A DNA stretch of 64,000 nt from Bacteroidota bacterium (GTDB lineage Bacteria; Bacteroidota; Bacteroidia; AKYH767-A; JAHEYN01). The notes below the pieces were generated by a model. That model was not told the DNA's origin. It saw only the letters and a program-made list of their open reading frames with translations, and did no database searches. Positions 48,178-57,788 of the stretch are shown piece after piece. The translations under genes and the position numbers were made by a program. Positions within the stretch are counted from its first letter, which is position 1. Each line of letters starts with the position of its first letter. The stretch lies in the NCBI GenBank assembly GCA_023251555.1, contig JAHEYN010000001.1, positions 75,433-139,432 on the forward strand. Reading direction: 5' to 3'.

Positions 48178-49323
48178 TTATGCAAGGCTTTTGAGGGCAT
48201 CTTTCATTGTTGTTGCTATGTAATCCATGTCCTCCGTGTTTAGGTGAGGCCCTACTGAAAGAGCGATGGAGCTGTAGCTTATCTTAGAAGCAACGGGGAA
48301 AGCGTTTTCCGGGTGCTTGTATTTCTGGCGGTAATAGGTGAAATGCGGGACAGGCCTCGGGTAATAAACACTGGTGCCCACTCCTTTTTTGTTAAGGTAA
48401 TCAACGATTTCAAACCGTTTGGGCGTAAGCCTGTCATTCAGCATTACGGAAAGGCAGTAGTAGCTGCTTTTGAAATCTCCATGCGTAGAATCGAAGAGGC
48501 TTACTTCGTCAATTTCCCTGAGGGCTTTGTCAAGGCAGAAATAATTTTCTTCTCTCTGGCTGAGGAATCCGGGTATCTTCTTAACCTGTTCTATCCCGAT
48601 GGCTGCATGGATTTCGCTCATGCGGTAGTTGAATCCAAGCATAGTTACGTCATAAATTCCGGGTATGCTTCTTTCGGAAGGAGTCCTGTCCACGCCAAAG
48701 GCCCTCTGCCTGGTGATGCCGGCGGCCACGCTGGCATGTTTGGTGATGATCATTCCTCCCTCTGCGGTGGTGATATGCTTGACAGGGTAAAAGGAAAAAC
48801 ATCCCACATCCCCGAACAGGCCGACATGCCTGTTTTTGAAATAAGTGCCGATGGCAAGGGCACAGTCTTCTATGACAAGGAGTTTATGCTTAGAGGCGAT
48901 AGCCATGATTTTGTCCATATCCACGGGCATTCCGAGGTAATGAACAATCGAAATGGCTTTGGTGCGGGGTGTGATGGCGGATTCAACCTGGCTGATGTCA
49001 ACATTGCCTGTTTTTATTTCTGCATCAATGAAAACCGGCTTGCCACCTGCGAGCTCAACCGCATGTACTGTGGCATTGTGTGTCTGGGCGGGAACAATCA
49101 CCTCGTCTCCCGGCCCTATTCCATAATGAAAATAAGAAAGATGCAGGGCGGCTGTGCAGGAGGAGAGGGAAACAGCATGCGGGGCTGTGGTAAATGATGC
49201 AAATGAGGTTTCAAACTCTTTTGATACAGGTCCGTGGACAAGAATATCGCCCTCCAGTACTTTTTTTACCGCACTTTTTTCTGCTTCGCCGATCATGGGT
49301 TTCCCGAACTTGATATTGCGCAT
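48178..49323 (-). CDS. DegT/DnrJ/EryC1/StrS-family sugar aminotransferase. This is the first gene of the operon, at the right edge of the locus.
   Basis: It has the DegT fold, FSFYPVKHITTAEGG (PLP-Lys) and a length of 381 aa. Confidence 0.8.
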   Translation of the reverse strand: MRNIKFGKPMIGEAEKSAVKKVLEGDILVHGPVSKEFETSFASFTTAPHAVSLSSCTAALHLSYFHYGIGPGDEVIVPAQTHNATVHAVELAGGKPVFIDAEIKTGNVDISQVESAITPRTKAISIVHYLGMPVDMDKIMAIASKHKLLVIEDCALAIGTYFKNRHVGLFGDVGCFSFYPVKHITTAEGGMIITKHASVAAGITRQRAFGVDRTPSERSIPGIYDVTMLGFNYRMSEIHAAIGIEQVKKIPGFLSQREENYFCLDKALREIDEVSLFDSTHGDFKSSYYCLSVMLNDRLTPKRFEIVDYLNKKGVGTSVYYPRPVPHFTYYRQKYKHPENAFPVASKISYSSIALSVGPHLNTEDMDYIATTMKDALKSLA

Positions 49324-49645
49324 AATTAACAGAGTTGAATGGTTTTTAATTTCTTTTTACCGGTTTCCGGCAACGGGTCACAAAGATAAAAATTTATCTG
49401 AACCTGTATGAGCCGGGAGTAAGGGCGAGCCCTGAACAAAACAAGAGCCCGGATCGCATTTACCCGGGTCCTTTTTCACACCCCTGTCAGGAGCAGTTAT
49501 TTCACCTTCTCCATTCTCGTTGATATCAGGGATTTAGGATACTGCAGGTCTGAAATTCGCTTGTCTTGCTTCCTGCAAACACCTGGAATTATCCCGAACC
49601 CGCTTTCCATTTACAGTTCCATATAACTCCCGGCTTGTACCTTTT

Positions 49646-51016
49646 TTGTATCTTCACGGCATAGAAATAATCATGGATCTGAACGAACTTACAACTATTT
49701 CTCCTGTTGACGGCCGGTACAGGAATGCCTGTGAGGAGCTTGCTCCCTTTTTTTCGGAGTCGGCGCTCATCAGGTACAGGGTGCGGGTGGAGGCAGAATA
49801 CTTCATAGCGCTTTGCGAATGGCCGCTCCCCGAGCTGCGGGGTGTAAAAAAAAGTGTTTTCCCCGGACTGAGAAAACTGTATACCGGTTTTTCTCTTTCT
49901 GATGCACGGGAGATAAAGTCTGTCGAAAAGACGACCAACCACGATGTAAAAGCCGTGGAGTATTTCCTGAAGAAAAAATTTGACAGCATGGGGCTTTCTT
50001 CTTACAGGGAGTTCATCCATTTTGGCCTTACTTCGCAGGATATCAACAATACTGCCATGCCCCTGCTAGTGAAAGAAGCTGTGGAGCATGTGTATCTTCC
50101 GTTGTTGGCCCGCTGCGTTAATAAAATAAAACAGCTTGCTGCGGAGTGGAAGAATATAGCCATGCTGGCCCGTACCCACGGGCAGCCGGCTTCGCCTACG
50201 CGCCTCGGGAAGGAATTTCTCGTATTTTCCGAACGCATGGAGGCGCAGTTGAATCTTCTGAGGCAAATCCCTTATTCTGCCAAGTTCGGAGGGGCTACCG
50301 GGAATTTTAATGCCCACCATGCAGCCTATCCCGGAACAGACTGGAAAAAATTTGCCGACCGCTTTGTTAATGTCAGGCTCGGGCTTCACCGCTCGCAGCA
50401 TACTACGCAGATTGAACATTATGATAATTTTGCAGCGCTCTGTGATAATCTTAAAAGAATCAACACCATACTTATTGATTTTAACCGTGATGTATGGCAG
50501 TATATTTCCATGGGGTATTTCCGTCAGCAAATCAGGAAAGGGGAGGTGGGTTCTTCTGCCATGCCGCATAAAGTAAACCCCATTGACTTTGAAAATTCAG
50601 AGGGTAACCTCGGGATTGCAAATGCCTTGTTTGAACATCTTTCTGCGAAACTCCCGGTGTCCCGCCTGCAGCGGGATCTCACGGACTCAACTGTACAGCG
50701 TAACACGGGAGTTCCTTTTGCACATACGGTAATTGCATTCAAGTCATTACTCAAAGGCCTGGATAAACTCCTGGTGGATAAGGAGGTTATAAAGAAAGAT
50801 CTTGACGGGAACTGGGCTGTGGTTGCTGAAGCAATACAAACGATCCTCCGCAGGGAGGGTTACCATGAGCCTTATGAGGCGCTGAAAGGCCTCACAAGAA
50901 CAGGGGAAGCTGTGTCGGAGAAAAGTATTTCCCGTTTTATTGATACCCTGAAAATAAGCCCCGGGCTGAAGTCTCAGCTTAAATCAATTACTCCGCATAA
51001 TTATACCGGTATTTAG
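49646..51016 (+). CDS. purB: Adenylosuccinate lyase. The start is probably at the internal Met near 49673.
   Basis: It has LTTISPVDGRYRN…, the fumarate-lyase signature region GSSAMPHKVNP, and a length of about 447 aa. Confidence 0.9.
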   Translation: MYLHGIEIIMDLNELTTISPVDGRYRNACEELAPFFSESALIRYRVRVEAEYFIALCEWPLPELRGVKKSVFPGLRKLYTGFSLSDAREIKSVEKTTNHDVKAVEYFLKKKFDSMGLSSYREFIHFGLTSQDINNTAMPLLVKEAVEHVYLPLLARCVNKIKQLAAEWKNIAMLARTHGQPASPTRLGKEFLVFSERMEAQLNLLRQIPYSAKFGGATGNFNAHHAAYPGTDWKKFADRFVNVRLGLHRSQHTTQIEHYDNFAALCDNLKRINTILIDFNRDVWQYISMGYFRQQIRKGEVGSSAMPHKVNPIDFENSEGNLGIANALFEHLSAKLPVSRLQRDLTDSTVQRNTGVPFAHTVIAFKSLLKGLDKLLVDKEVIKKDLDGNWAVVAEAIQTILRREGYHEPYEALKGLTRTGEAVSEKSISRFIDTLKISPGLKSQLKSITPHNYTGI

Positions 51017-51024
51017 CAGGGTCA

Positions 51025-51100
51025 TTAATCCGCCTTTGCGTTCCGCTACGGCGGACAAGAGGGTCCGGGGCCTGCCCCGGGGTTAATACCAATTTATTAA
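51025..51100 (+). repeat. Palindromic intergenic repeat element, copy b, between the convergent purB and peptidase genes.
   Basis: ttaatccgcctttgcgttccgctacggcggacaagagggtccggggcctgccccggggttaataccaatttatt. Confidence 0.75.
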
Positions 51101-51109
51101 GAAGCGGAG

Positions 51110-51868
51110 TTATTTTTCACCGGCACATTCACCGTTAATTCCTTTTACATAAGACTCTATGGCTCTTACATCTTTTGCGTATGCGGATCCCGTAAACCCC
51201 GTGATGTCACTATAGGATATTTTTTCTATGTAAGACGAATAAAAAACAGCGGAGAGGGGCATATACGACCAGTGCCACTTTTCTTCTTCATATCCATCGG
51301 GACGTTTTTCGTTTTTCTCTGTGTAAGGCTGGCAGAAGCCAAATTCGTGTGCATGATCATGCAGCCACAGGTATACCTTCCTGCCGGCGGGCGTATCAAA
51401 ATATTCCTTATTCAGGTTCACAAGGTCAACCTCCGTACCCCAGTGGTGGCGGGATGTTCCCGGCATGGAGCTGTAATGCATAATTGCCCTTGCCCTCACT
51501 GAAGGATCTTTTATCGTTTCGGAAAGATCCTGTCCGTTCACTTTTGTTTTCCCGCTCCATTTATTTTCCCAGATTGTTTTCTGGTCAGAGAATGTGCGGG
51601 TGGAAGAAAGGACGGTCAGTATGATACCATCTTTCGCAGCGGCTTCGTACATTTTAACAAAGGAAAGGTATGCTTCATTGCGGAGATAATGCCCGCTTCT
51701 TGCGCAGTACCTGTTTCCCAGTAAGGTGAAACCGCTGTCGCGTGCAGGATTGATTTTACCCAGAAGGTCGGCTGCCGTAATCAGGGATTCATGAGGAGGA
51801 GCAAAGGCTACACTGCTTATCATCATGATGGCTGTGAAGGCAGGGAAAAGGAAGGTTCTTGTTTTCAT
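51110..51868 (-). CDS. Peptidase M15B/VanY-like D-alanyl-D-alanine carboxypeptidase family protein with a signal peptide.
   Basis: It has SRHHWGTEVDL (Sx-H-x-x-G-x-A/E-x-D) and EKWHWSY (E-x-WH-W) zinc-peptidase blocks. Confidence 0.55.
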   Translation of the reverse strand: MKTRTFLFPAFTAIMMISSVAFAPPHESLITAADLLGKINPARDSGFTLLGNRYCARSGHYLRNEAYLSFVKMYEAAAKDGIILTVLSSTRTFSDQKTIWENKWSGKTKVNGQDLSETIKDPSVRARAIMHYSSMPGTSRHHWGTEVDLVNLNKEYFDTPAGRKVYLWLHDHAHEFGFCQPYTEKNEKRPDGYEEEKWHWSYMPLSAVFYSSYIEKISYSDITGFTGSAYAKDVRAIESYVKGINGECAGEK

Positions 51869-53629
51869 TCAGAAATAGCTTATGATCCCGAAGTGCACTT
51901 TCCCCGACCTGAACTGCAGGGCGTTTGCGAATTCCTTCCCGATGGCATAGTTTACCGAAAATATTCCCGGTTTGGTTTCAAAGGTAATACCGGCCCCGAA
52001 TCCGTAAGGCATATCATAGCGGTCGCCGGTGAAGTTCGTACTCCGGTTTTCATAATAGGCGCCGTTTGCAAATAGGCATAAATAAGAGTTTTGCTCAAGC
52101 AGGTACCTGTATTCCATCTTCATGATGTCAAACGAAGATGCAAAGATAGATTCCTCATCAAATCCCCGGATTGTTTTTAGTCCGCCGATACGGAACAATT
52201 CATTCTGCATGATTGAACGGGAGATGAGATGCGCTCCTTTCAGCCCGAAATTGATTACGTTTCTTTCGCGCACAGGGAAATAAAAATCAAAGGTATAGTC
52301 GCTGTGGTACTGGGTAGCGTTTAGAAGCAGGCTGTCATACAGTTCCGGTTTAATTTTCCTGTTTTTTTCAATGTGCTTGTTCCCGGCTCCTGCATTGACT
52401 TCTATTGAGTAACCCTGTCTTGGATTCATCCGGTAATCTACCTTTTCCGATTTGATACCCATACCGTATATCGTGGAGCTTAGATCTGCAAACGGGAGAT
52501 TCGCGGAGAGCGATTTGGTTGAAAGAAGACTGGTGGTTTTATTATTTACGAAAACTTTCAGGTAGTTTCCTCCCGTAAGGAGATACTGTATCCCTATATT
52601 TTTAATCACATCTATGTATGAGGTGTCTTTCTTATACAATGAAAAATCAATATTAAGTCCGTACCTCAGCACCACAAAGGGATAAGTGAAGTGTGTTCTG
52701 AGATCCTGTGTTTTGTACGATGGATTTTTCCAGTTGATATCAATTAGTTCTCCGTTGCCCAGGGCGTTATGCAGCTTCATGTGGGCTTCCCCTGTCAGCA
52801 GAACTTTTCCGGTGTTCTGCTTGTCTGATACAATACCTACAATCCCATCGAGCTGGTTAGCTTTTTTTGTTTCGAGAAAAAGATTTATCCTGCATTTCTT
52901 TTCAAAGAACACCACGTTAAAAGGCTGCTTTTCCCGTACAAACGGGAGTTCCCTGATCCGGTTACCGATCCTGCTTACGACGGCTTCATTATAGTAATCG
53001 CCCTGTTTTATCCCCAGGTAATTCTGCAGGTATATTTCGGAGATATTCGCCTGCCCTTTGTCCGCGATACTGTCTATAATTATGAGGTTGTTTTTTTCGA
53101 GGCGTATTCTGGCGTTCAGGAGGGTATCGCCGAAGGTTACACTGTCGAGCCCGGCTGCGGCGAACGGGTATCCGTGATTTTCATAGTAATGCACAAGGGT
53201 CCTGAGTAATGCTGATACATTCTTATAGGAGACAGGTTTCCCCGTAAAAAGTTTCCGGCCGAATCCTGATTCGGCAAGGGCTGCGTCATCTGCATTGCCT
53301 TTTTCAAGAGATGCCCAGAGGTAAGCGTTTCCTGCATGGAGGAAAGCTTTTGTGCCTGCCGAATCCTGCACAATGCTGTCGAAAGAAGCTGCGAGATATC
53401 CGTTGTCATACATTTTCAGCAGCATTCCCGACAGTTCCTTTCTTGCATCGCCGGCGGAATGGGTGTTTTTTCTGAAGGAGAATTCTTTGAGGAGGAAGCT
53501 GGGAGAAGATGTTTGGGAGCTGTCGCTGCAGAGGATTTCCAGCGTGTGCTGGGCTGAAGTATGTATGGAGATGCCCGTAGCAAGGAGGATAGCAGGAAAT
53601 ATTTTTTTCTTATAAGGTGAGCAGGACAT
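51869..53629 (-). CDS. Omp85-superfamily (BamA/TamA-like) outer-membrane beta-barrel protein.
   Basis: It has a signal peptide. The C-terminal barrel ends in an aromatic residue (…GIISYF). Its length is 586 aa. The match is not specific. Confidence 0.4.
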   Translation of the reverse strand: MSCSPYKKKIFPAILLATGISIHTSAQHTLEILCSDSSQTSSPSFLLKEFSFRKNTHSAGDARKELSGMLLKMYDNGYLAASFDSIVQDSAGTKAFLHAGNAYLWASLEKGNADDAALAESGFGRKLFTGKPVSYKNVSALLRTLVHYYENHGYPFAAAGLDSVTFGDTLLNARIRLEKNNLIIIDSIADKGQANISEIYLQNYLGIKQGDYYNEAVVSRIGNRIRELPFVREKQPFNVVFFEKKCRINLFLETKKANQLDGIVGIVSDKQNTGKVLLTGEAHMKLHNALGNGELIDINWKNPSYKTQDLRTHFTYPFVVLRYGLNIDFSLYKKDTSYIDVIKNIGIQYLLTGGNYLKVFVNNKTTSLLSTKSLSANLPFADLSSTIYGMGIKSEKVDYRMNPRQGYSIEVNAGAGNKHIEKNRKIKPELYDSLLLNATQYHSDYTFDFYFPVRERNVINFGLKGAHLISRSIMQNELFRIGGLKTIRGFDEESIFASSFDIMKMEYRYLLEQNSYLCLFANGAYYENRSTNFTGDRYDMPYGFGAGITFETKPGIFSVNYAIGKEFANALQFRSGKVHFGIISYF

Positions 53630-53632
53630 GTG

Positions 53633-54313
53633 TTATAGTCTCCAGTCAATTTCTTCCTTGCCCTGGCTGCGGAGTATTTCGTTTGTCCTGGAGAAATGCC
53701 TGCAGCCGAAGAACCCGTTGTTTGCGGAATAGGGGGAAGGATGGGCGGCCTTGAGTATATAATGTTTATTTGCGTCAATTATTGCCTCCTTGGATTTGGC
53801 AAAATTTCCCCAGAGCAGGAATACAAGCCCTTTTTTTTGTGCAGACAGGTTTCCTATAACGCTGTCGGTGAATTGTTCCCATCCTTTTTCCTGGTGGGAT
53901 CCCGGCTTGCCTGCCCTTACGGTGAGCGTGGCATTTAGAAGAAGCACCCCCTGCCTTGCCCAGTGTTCGAGGCTTCCCTTAGCGGGGATGGGCAGTCCGA
54001 GGTCGCTGTGTATTTCTTTGAAGATATTCACGAGCGAAGGCGGGGGTTTGGTTCCTTCCTGTACCGAGAAGCAGAGCCCGTGTGCCTGGCCCTTGCCGTG
54101 GTAGGGGTCCTGTCCTATGATTACTGCCTTAACTTTATCGAAAGGAGTGAGGTTGAAGGCTGAGAATATCTGGTTTCCGGGAGGATAGACGGTTTGCCCC
54201 CCGGATTTTTCCCGGAGCAGAAAATTTTTCAGTGTGCCGAAATAATCGGAATGAAAATCCTTTTCGAGAATTAGTTTCCAGCTGTCTTCAATCTGCGGGT
54301 TGACCTGCGTCAT
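53633..54313 (-). CDS. ung: Uracil-DNA glycosylase (family 1).
   Basis: It has GQDPYHG (the water-activating loop), a HPSPYS C-terminal motif and a length of 226 aa. Confidence 0.85.
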   Translation of the reverse strand: MTQVNPQIEDSWKLILEKDFHSDYFGTLKNFLLREKSGGQTVYPPGNQIFSAFNLTPFDKVKAVIIGQDPYHGKGQAHGLCFSVQEGTKPPPSLVNIFKEIHSDLGLPIPAKGSLEHWARQGVLLLNATLTVRAGKPGSHQEKGWEQFTDSVIGNLSAQKKGLVFLLWGNFAKSKEAIIDANKHYILKAAHPSPYSANNGFFGCRHFSRTNEILRSQGKEEIDWRL

Positions 54314-54917
54314 CGGGATCAGGGGGATAAGCGGGTTATGCCGTATTAAAACAATACACCTGTTTGCGTTCTAAGTCAAAGCCTTTCCATGGTCTCCTTC
54401 CGGGTTTTACCGGGTTCCTTGTCTTCATAGGAAATAATCAGAATGCCAGGTTATGTTACTGGTGCCGAAGGTAAGTTACTTACTTCAAAAGCGCAAAGCC
54501 TGTTTCAGGTAAACTGTGAATATTCCTGTATTGAGGTCGCAACGGAGGACTCATTTTTATGATTGCAGGAAACGCCTCAGGGATAAATGAAGTTTAAAAA
54601 AGGGGGATTAGAAGCGATGTCTGTCCGTGTTAGCGCTGTGCGTTTGGGTTTTAATTTTTTTTGCTTTTTATTTTCTGTTATCCAATTCAATTTTCTCAAT
54701 GTCTTTGATGCGTATGTTTTCATTTTCTTTAAGCACCAGAATTTCTGAATTGAATACTTTGTGTTGATGTAAAACTTGTCCGCTTTTCAAAATCACTTTC
54801 ACAATCTCATACCCATTCCGCTATCGGGAACATTGACAAGAATATTTATAAAACTGCAGGGCAATTTTAAGTCTCTTGTTATCATGATGAAATATTTTTA
54901 GTAAGAGATTTGCTTTT

Positions 54918-55730
54918 TTATTGTAGTTTCTTCTTTTCTTTTGAAGGAGGTAAAAAATTTTCTCCTGTCACCACACTTTTACCTGTTTTTGCCTCTAATT
55001 CTTTTCTTGCATTTTTAGCTACGGCACCGCCTTTAGCGTTTTCAATCACACCCTTTGCCTTTTCGGTTTCGGCTATCTGTCTTGTTGAAAGTTCTGCCAA
55101 TGCAGTAAAAATTAACTCAGCTTCACTCATGTGGTCTCTCAAGTTTTGAGATTTCAATCCTTTCAAATCCTTATGATTTTTTACAGTTAATCCTGTCCAT
55201 TCCTGATGAATGATATTGGTGAGGAATGCAAACTCATCCGATTTTTGAACACCGCTTTCTTTCCAGTAGTCGGTTAATTTATTTCTGGTTTCCTGCCCCG
55301 TCATTCGTTGTTGAATCCACTTTTCGCTTCTGCCCAACTTCTGCCAATTCTCTCTTGCTCTTTCCAAACTCTGTTCCGGGTTGCTGATTTCCTGCATCCG
55401 CTCATAACCAACTTTTGCCAGCCACTGTTTGAAGGGCTCTGCTTTGGGGGATGGGATGGATTGAATGATGCGTAATAAAGTTTCGGTATCGGCCACATCA
55501 GTTTCTCTTAGTTTACCATCAGAGGCTTCCATTTTCAAGTGTCCGATTTTTTCGGACACTTTAGATCCTTCCTTTGTCAGCTTGGATTTCAGATCACTCC
55601 AGTATTTTCTGGCTCTTTTATTATCAACCAAAATTTCAATCACATCAATGATGCTGAAATACCATTTTTGCTCTTCTTCATTAAAGGCAGAACGAACCTT
55701 TTTGCTTTCAAATAATTTTATGTTGCTCAT
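54918..55730 (-). CDS. DNA-damage-inducible protein D (DinD)-like, with a Bro-N-like N-terminal domain.
   Basis: The N-terminus IKLFESKKVRSAFNEEEQKWYFSIIDVIEIL has a Bro-N pattern. The C-terminal …RDHMSEAELIFTALAELST…KAKGV… region is collinear with E. coli DinD. Confidence 0.5.
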   Translation of the reverse strand: MSNIKLFESKKVRSAFNEEEQKWYFSIIDVIEILVDNKRARKYWSDLKSKLTKEGSKVSEKIGHLKMEASDGKLRETDVADTETLLRIIQSIPSPKAEPFKQWLAKVGYERMQEISNPEQSLERARENWQKLGRSEKWIQQRMTGQETRNKLTDYWKESGVQKSDEFAFLTNIIHQEWTGLTVKNHKDLKGLKSQNLRDHMSEAELIFTALAELSTRQIAETEKAKGVIENAKGGAVAKNARKELEAKTGKSVVTGENFLPPSKEKKKLQ

Positions 55731-56203
55731 ATCAGTAAATTTGTGTGTGTGTGGGCTTTTTATCCTTCTGTTTCAGTAACGGATTCTTTCTTGTTTATTC
55801 TTTCAAACAATTCGCTTACAATGTTGCGTTGGTTCTCTCCTATTTTGCGATATTCTTGATACGCTACAATATAATTTTAAAGCTGCTTTCGGTTATGAAA
55901 TGCAACATACTTTTTTGCTTGATGAATCAATACCATAACTGTAAGTTTCAAGTCGTCAGTTGTATAGCTATACTCCGATTGGTCAAAGTGGTTGAAGTTA
56001 CGAATAAAGCGGTGGCTGGTCGTTAAAAAGATATGTTTTTTGTCTTGTGTCAAGTTGATTAAAAGCTCGTCAGTTTCGGGTTAGCAGTGTTGTCCCAATA
56101 AAGTTGCATGAAACAGGAAACACAAGGCTTCACAAACGATACGTTGTGTATTAAAAATAAATAATTACCTTTGACATGCGAGAAAAAACCCTTCGTGAGA
56201 ATT

Positions 56204-56326
56204 ATGAAAAAGTTTGTTTATACCCTTGTTGCCCTGTTTGTTATGACAGTTTTCTTTTCCTGCAAGAGCCAGGAAAAATGTCCTGCTTACGGCAAGGTGA
56301 ATGTGAAGACTGAAAAACTAAGCTGA
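56204..56326 (+). CDS. Small putative lipoprotein (40 aa), below the ORF-track length cutoff.
   Basis: It reads atg…MKKFVYTLVALFVMTVFFSCKSQEKCPAYGKVNVKTEKLS*. It has a signal peptide with lipobox FFSC. It may be spurious. Confidence 0.25.
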   Translation: MKKFVYTLVALFVMTVFFSCKSQEKCPAYGKVNVKTEKLS

Positions 56327-56734
56327 GTAGTTAAAGATCACTGTTTGCTTCAGTTCCGGGTGCAGGCTTTTCGCTACCGGGCAGTTTACAGCCGCGATTT
56401 TCAGCATTTTCTTCTGCTCTTCCGAGTATATATTTTCCGGCATATCAAATTCCACAATTATTTCTGAAACCCTTCTTGGGTTGGATTCCATTATCTTGGT
56501 TACTTTCAGTTTCATCCCGTCAATGCTGAAATTATTTTTGCCGGCATTGATACCCATGATGGTTGCCATACAGTTCCCGAGCGAGGTTGCAAGGAGGTCA
56601 GTGGGGGAGAATGCTTCTCCTTTTCCCTGGTTGTCGAGGGGGGCATCGGTGATGATCTCCTGTCCGGACCTTACATGAGTGGCTTTTGTCCGGAGTCCGC
56701 CGGTGTATATTATACTTGAAGTTTCCATAGATGC
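56318..56734 (-). CDS. OsmC/Ohr-family peroxiredoxin-like protein. The ORF-track start at 56806 is probably an over-extension into the repeat element; the likely start is METSSIIYTGG.
   Basis: It has OsmC-like blocks FSPTDLLATSLGNCMATIMGI and AAVNCPVAKSL with two conserved Cys. Confidence 0.6.
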   Translation of the reverse strand, partial: ASMETSSIIYTGGLRTKATHVRSGQEIITDAPLDNQGKGEAFSPTDLLATSLGNCMATIMGINAGKNNFSIDGMKLKVTKIMESNPRRVSEIIVEFDMPENIYSEEQKKMLKIAAVNCPVAKSLHPELKQTVIFNYSA

Positions 56735-56756
56735 AAAGATATGAAACCGGAAGTTT

Positions 56757-56873
56757 TTTAATCCGCCTTCGCGTTCCGCTACGGCGGACGGGAAGGCCTG
56801 GTTCAATTCCCCGCAGCTTGCTGCGGAAATCTGAGTCCGGAACTTGTTCCGGGGTTAAGACCAATTTATTTAA
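56757..56873 (+). repeat. Palindromic intergenic repeat element, copy c, with a ~35-bp internal insertion carrying an extra hairpin.
   Basis: ttaatccgccttcgcgttccgctacggcggacgggaaggcc-[tggttcaattccccgcagcttgctgcggaaatctgag]-tccggaacttgttccggggttaagaccaatttatt. Confidence 0.7.
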
Positions 56874-56957
56874 GATTTGTCGTGTGTTTAAGAAATTACA
56901 ATTACTACAAGATCATTTCAACAAAAACGTTCAGTTTATAGGGGGTTAGTACAATTG

Positions 56958-57284
56958 TTACGCAATTAGCAAACTAATACGTCTGCCAAGTCCGAATTCA
57001 AAAATGCGGTACAGTGTGGATAATTGAATATCACACTTTCCATTTTCGATTCTGGAGATATAACTTTTTTTTGTTCCCAACTTTTCAGCCAGTTCGTCTT
57101 GCGTCATGTGAGCTGCTTTACGTCCTTCTCTGAGCATTTCGCTTATCACAAAATACTGTGCTTTCTCCTCGAACTTGTCGCGTTTGCTTGTCCCAATTGC
57201 ACCGTATTTAATATTTAGTAATTCGTCTACGGAGCGGGCATCTTTTATATTCTTTGTTTTCATGATCTTATTTTTTTGTTGCAA
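56958..57284 (-). CDS. XRE-family HTH DNA-binding protein, a putative HigA-like antitoxin. The likely start is at 57263.
   Basis: It has the HTH MTQDELAEKLGTKKSYISRIENGK. It sits immediately downstream of the RelE/HigB-like gene and overlaps it slightly. Confidence 0.6.
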   Translation of the reverse strand: MQQKNKIMKTKNIKDARSVDELLNIKYGAIGTSKRDKFEEKAQYFVISEMLREGRKAAHMTQDELAEKLGTKKSYISRIENGKCDIQLSTLYRIFEFGLGRRISLLIA

Positions 57285-57609
57285 AGTATTCTTTTTTTAA
57301 TTTTTCAGCCAAATCAATTTCTTGTTTTGGCGTCTTTTGTGTTTTCTTTTGAAATCCATTAAATAATACAACCAAATTACCTTTGTCGAAGCAACAGAAT
57401 ATTCTAAAGATATTGCTTCCGTATTCAATCCGGATTTCATAAATCCCATCAGTCCCGGTCATGTGGTCGAGAAATTTTTTGGGAACCCTTTCCACTGTAC
57501 GGAGTAAAATGAACACGTAATCTATCTTTTCCTGAACACCTTTCGGTTGAGCCGCATAAAACCCGGTGAAATAGTGTCTGTAGAAAATAATAGTTCTTTC
57601 GGTTTTCAC
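57268..57609 (-). CDS. RelE/ParE-superfamily toxin, HigB/Gp49-like. This is the upstream gene of the two-gene TA module.
   Basis: It is 113 aa with IYEIRIEYGSNIFRIFCCFDKGNLVVLFNGFQKKTQKTP, a pattern typical of phage-Gp49/HigB-like toxins. It has the toxin-first gene order. Confidence 0.55.
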   Translation of the reverse strand: MKTERTIIFYRHYFTGFYAAQPKGVQEKIDYVFILLRTVERVPKKFLDHMTGTDGIYEIRIEYGSNIFRIFCCFDKGNLVVLFNGFQKKTQKTPKQEIDLAEKLKKEYFATKK

Positions 57610-57650
57610 AATACAAAGTTAACTTTATAGTTAACACAATACAAATTTAT

Positions 57651-57726
57651 TTTAATCCGCCGTAGCGGAACGCTACGGCGGACGAGAGGGTCCGGGGCTT
57701 GCCCCGGGGTTAATACCAATTTATTT
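57651..57726 (+). repeat. Palindromic intergenic repeat element, copy d, with the best-preserved palindromes.
   Basis: ttaatccgccgtagcggaacgctacggcggacgagagggtccggggcttgccccggggttaataccaatttatt. This gives two perfect hairpins, ccgccgtagcg/cgctacggcgg and ccgggg/ccccgg. Confidence 0.8.
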
Positions 57727-57788
57727 GAAAATTGCCGTGTGTCCTGTCTTTTTCTCTTCTCCCTGAAAATATGTAATATTGTATAACG

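Noticed and set aside
49324-49645. The 320-bp leader upstream of purB, examined for a purine riboswitch, as often found before pur genes.
   Set aside because: No sequence resembling the conserved purine-riboswitch core (the U-rich junctions with P2/P3 loop-loop motifs) is recognisable. Only a generic promoter-like A/T region is present.
54314-54917. A 600-bp ORF-free stretch after ung, inspected for tRNA, tmRNA or other structured RNA.
   Set aside because: No T-loop GGTTCGAATCC (or its complement), no tmRNA-like GGGG…CCACCA termini, and no obvious cloverleaf are present. It is left as unexplained non-coding DNA, noted in finding J.
56735-56806. The N-terminal 24 codons of the ORF-track OsmC ORF (MNQAFPSAVAEREGGLKNFRFHIF).
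   Set aside because: This extension is the translated palindromic repeat element (copy c). The conserved OsmC fold begins at the internal Met (METSS…), so the start is moved to about 56734.
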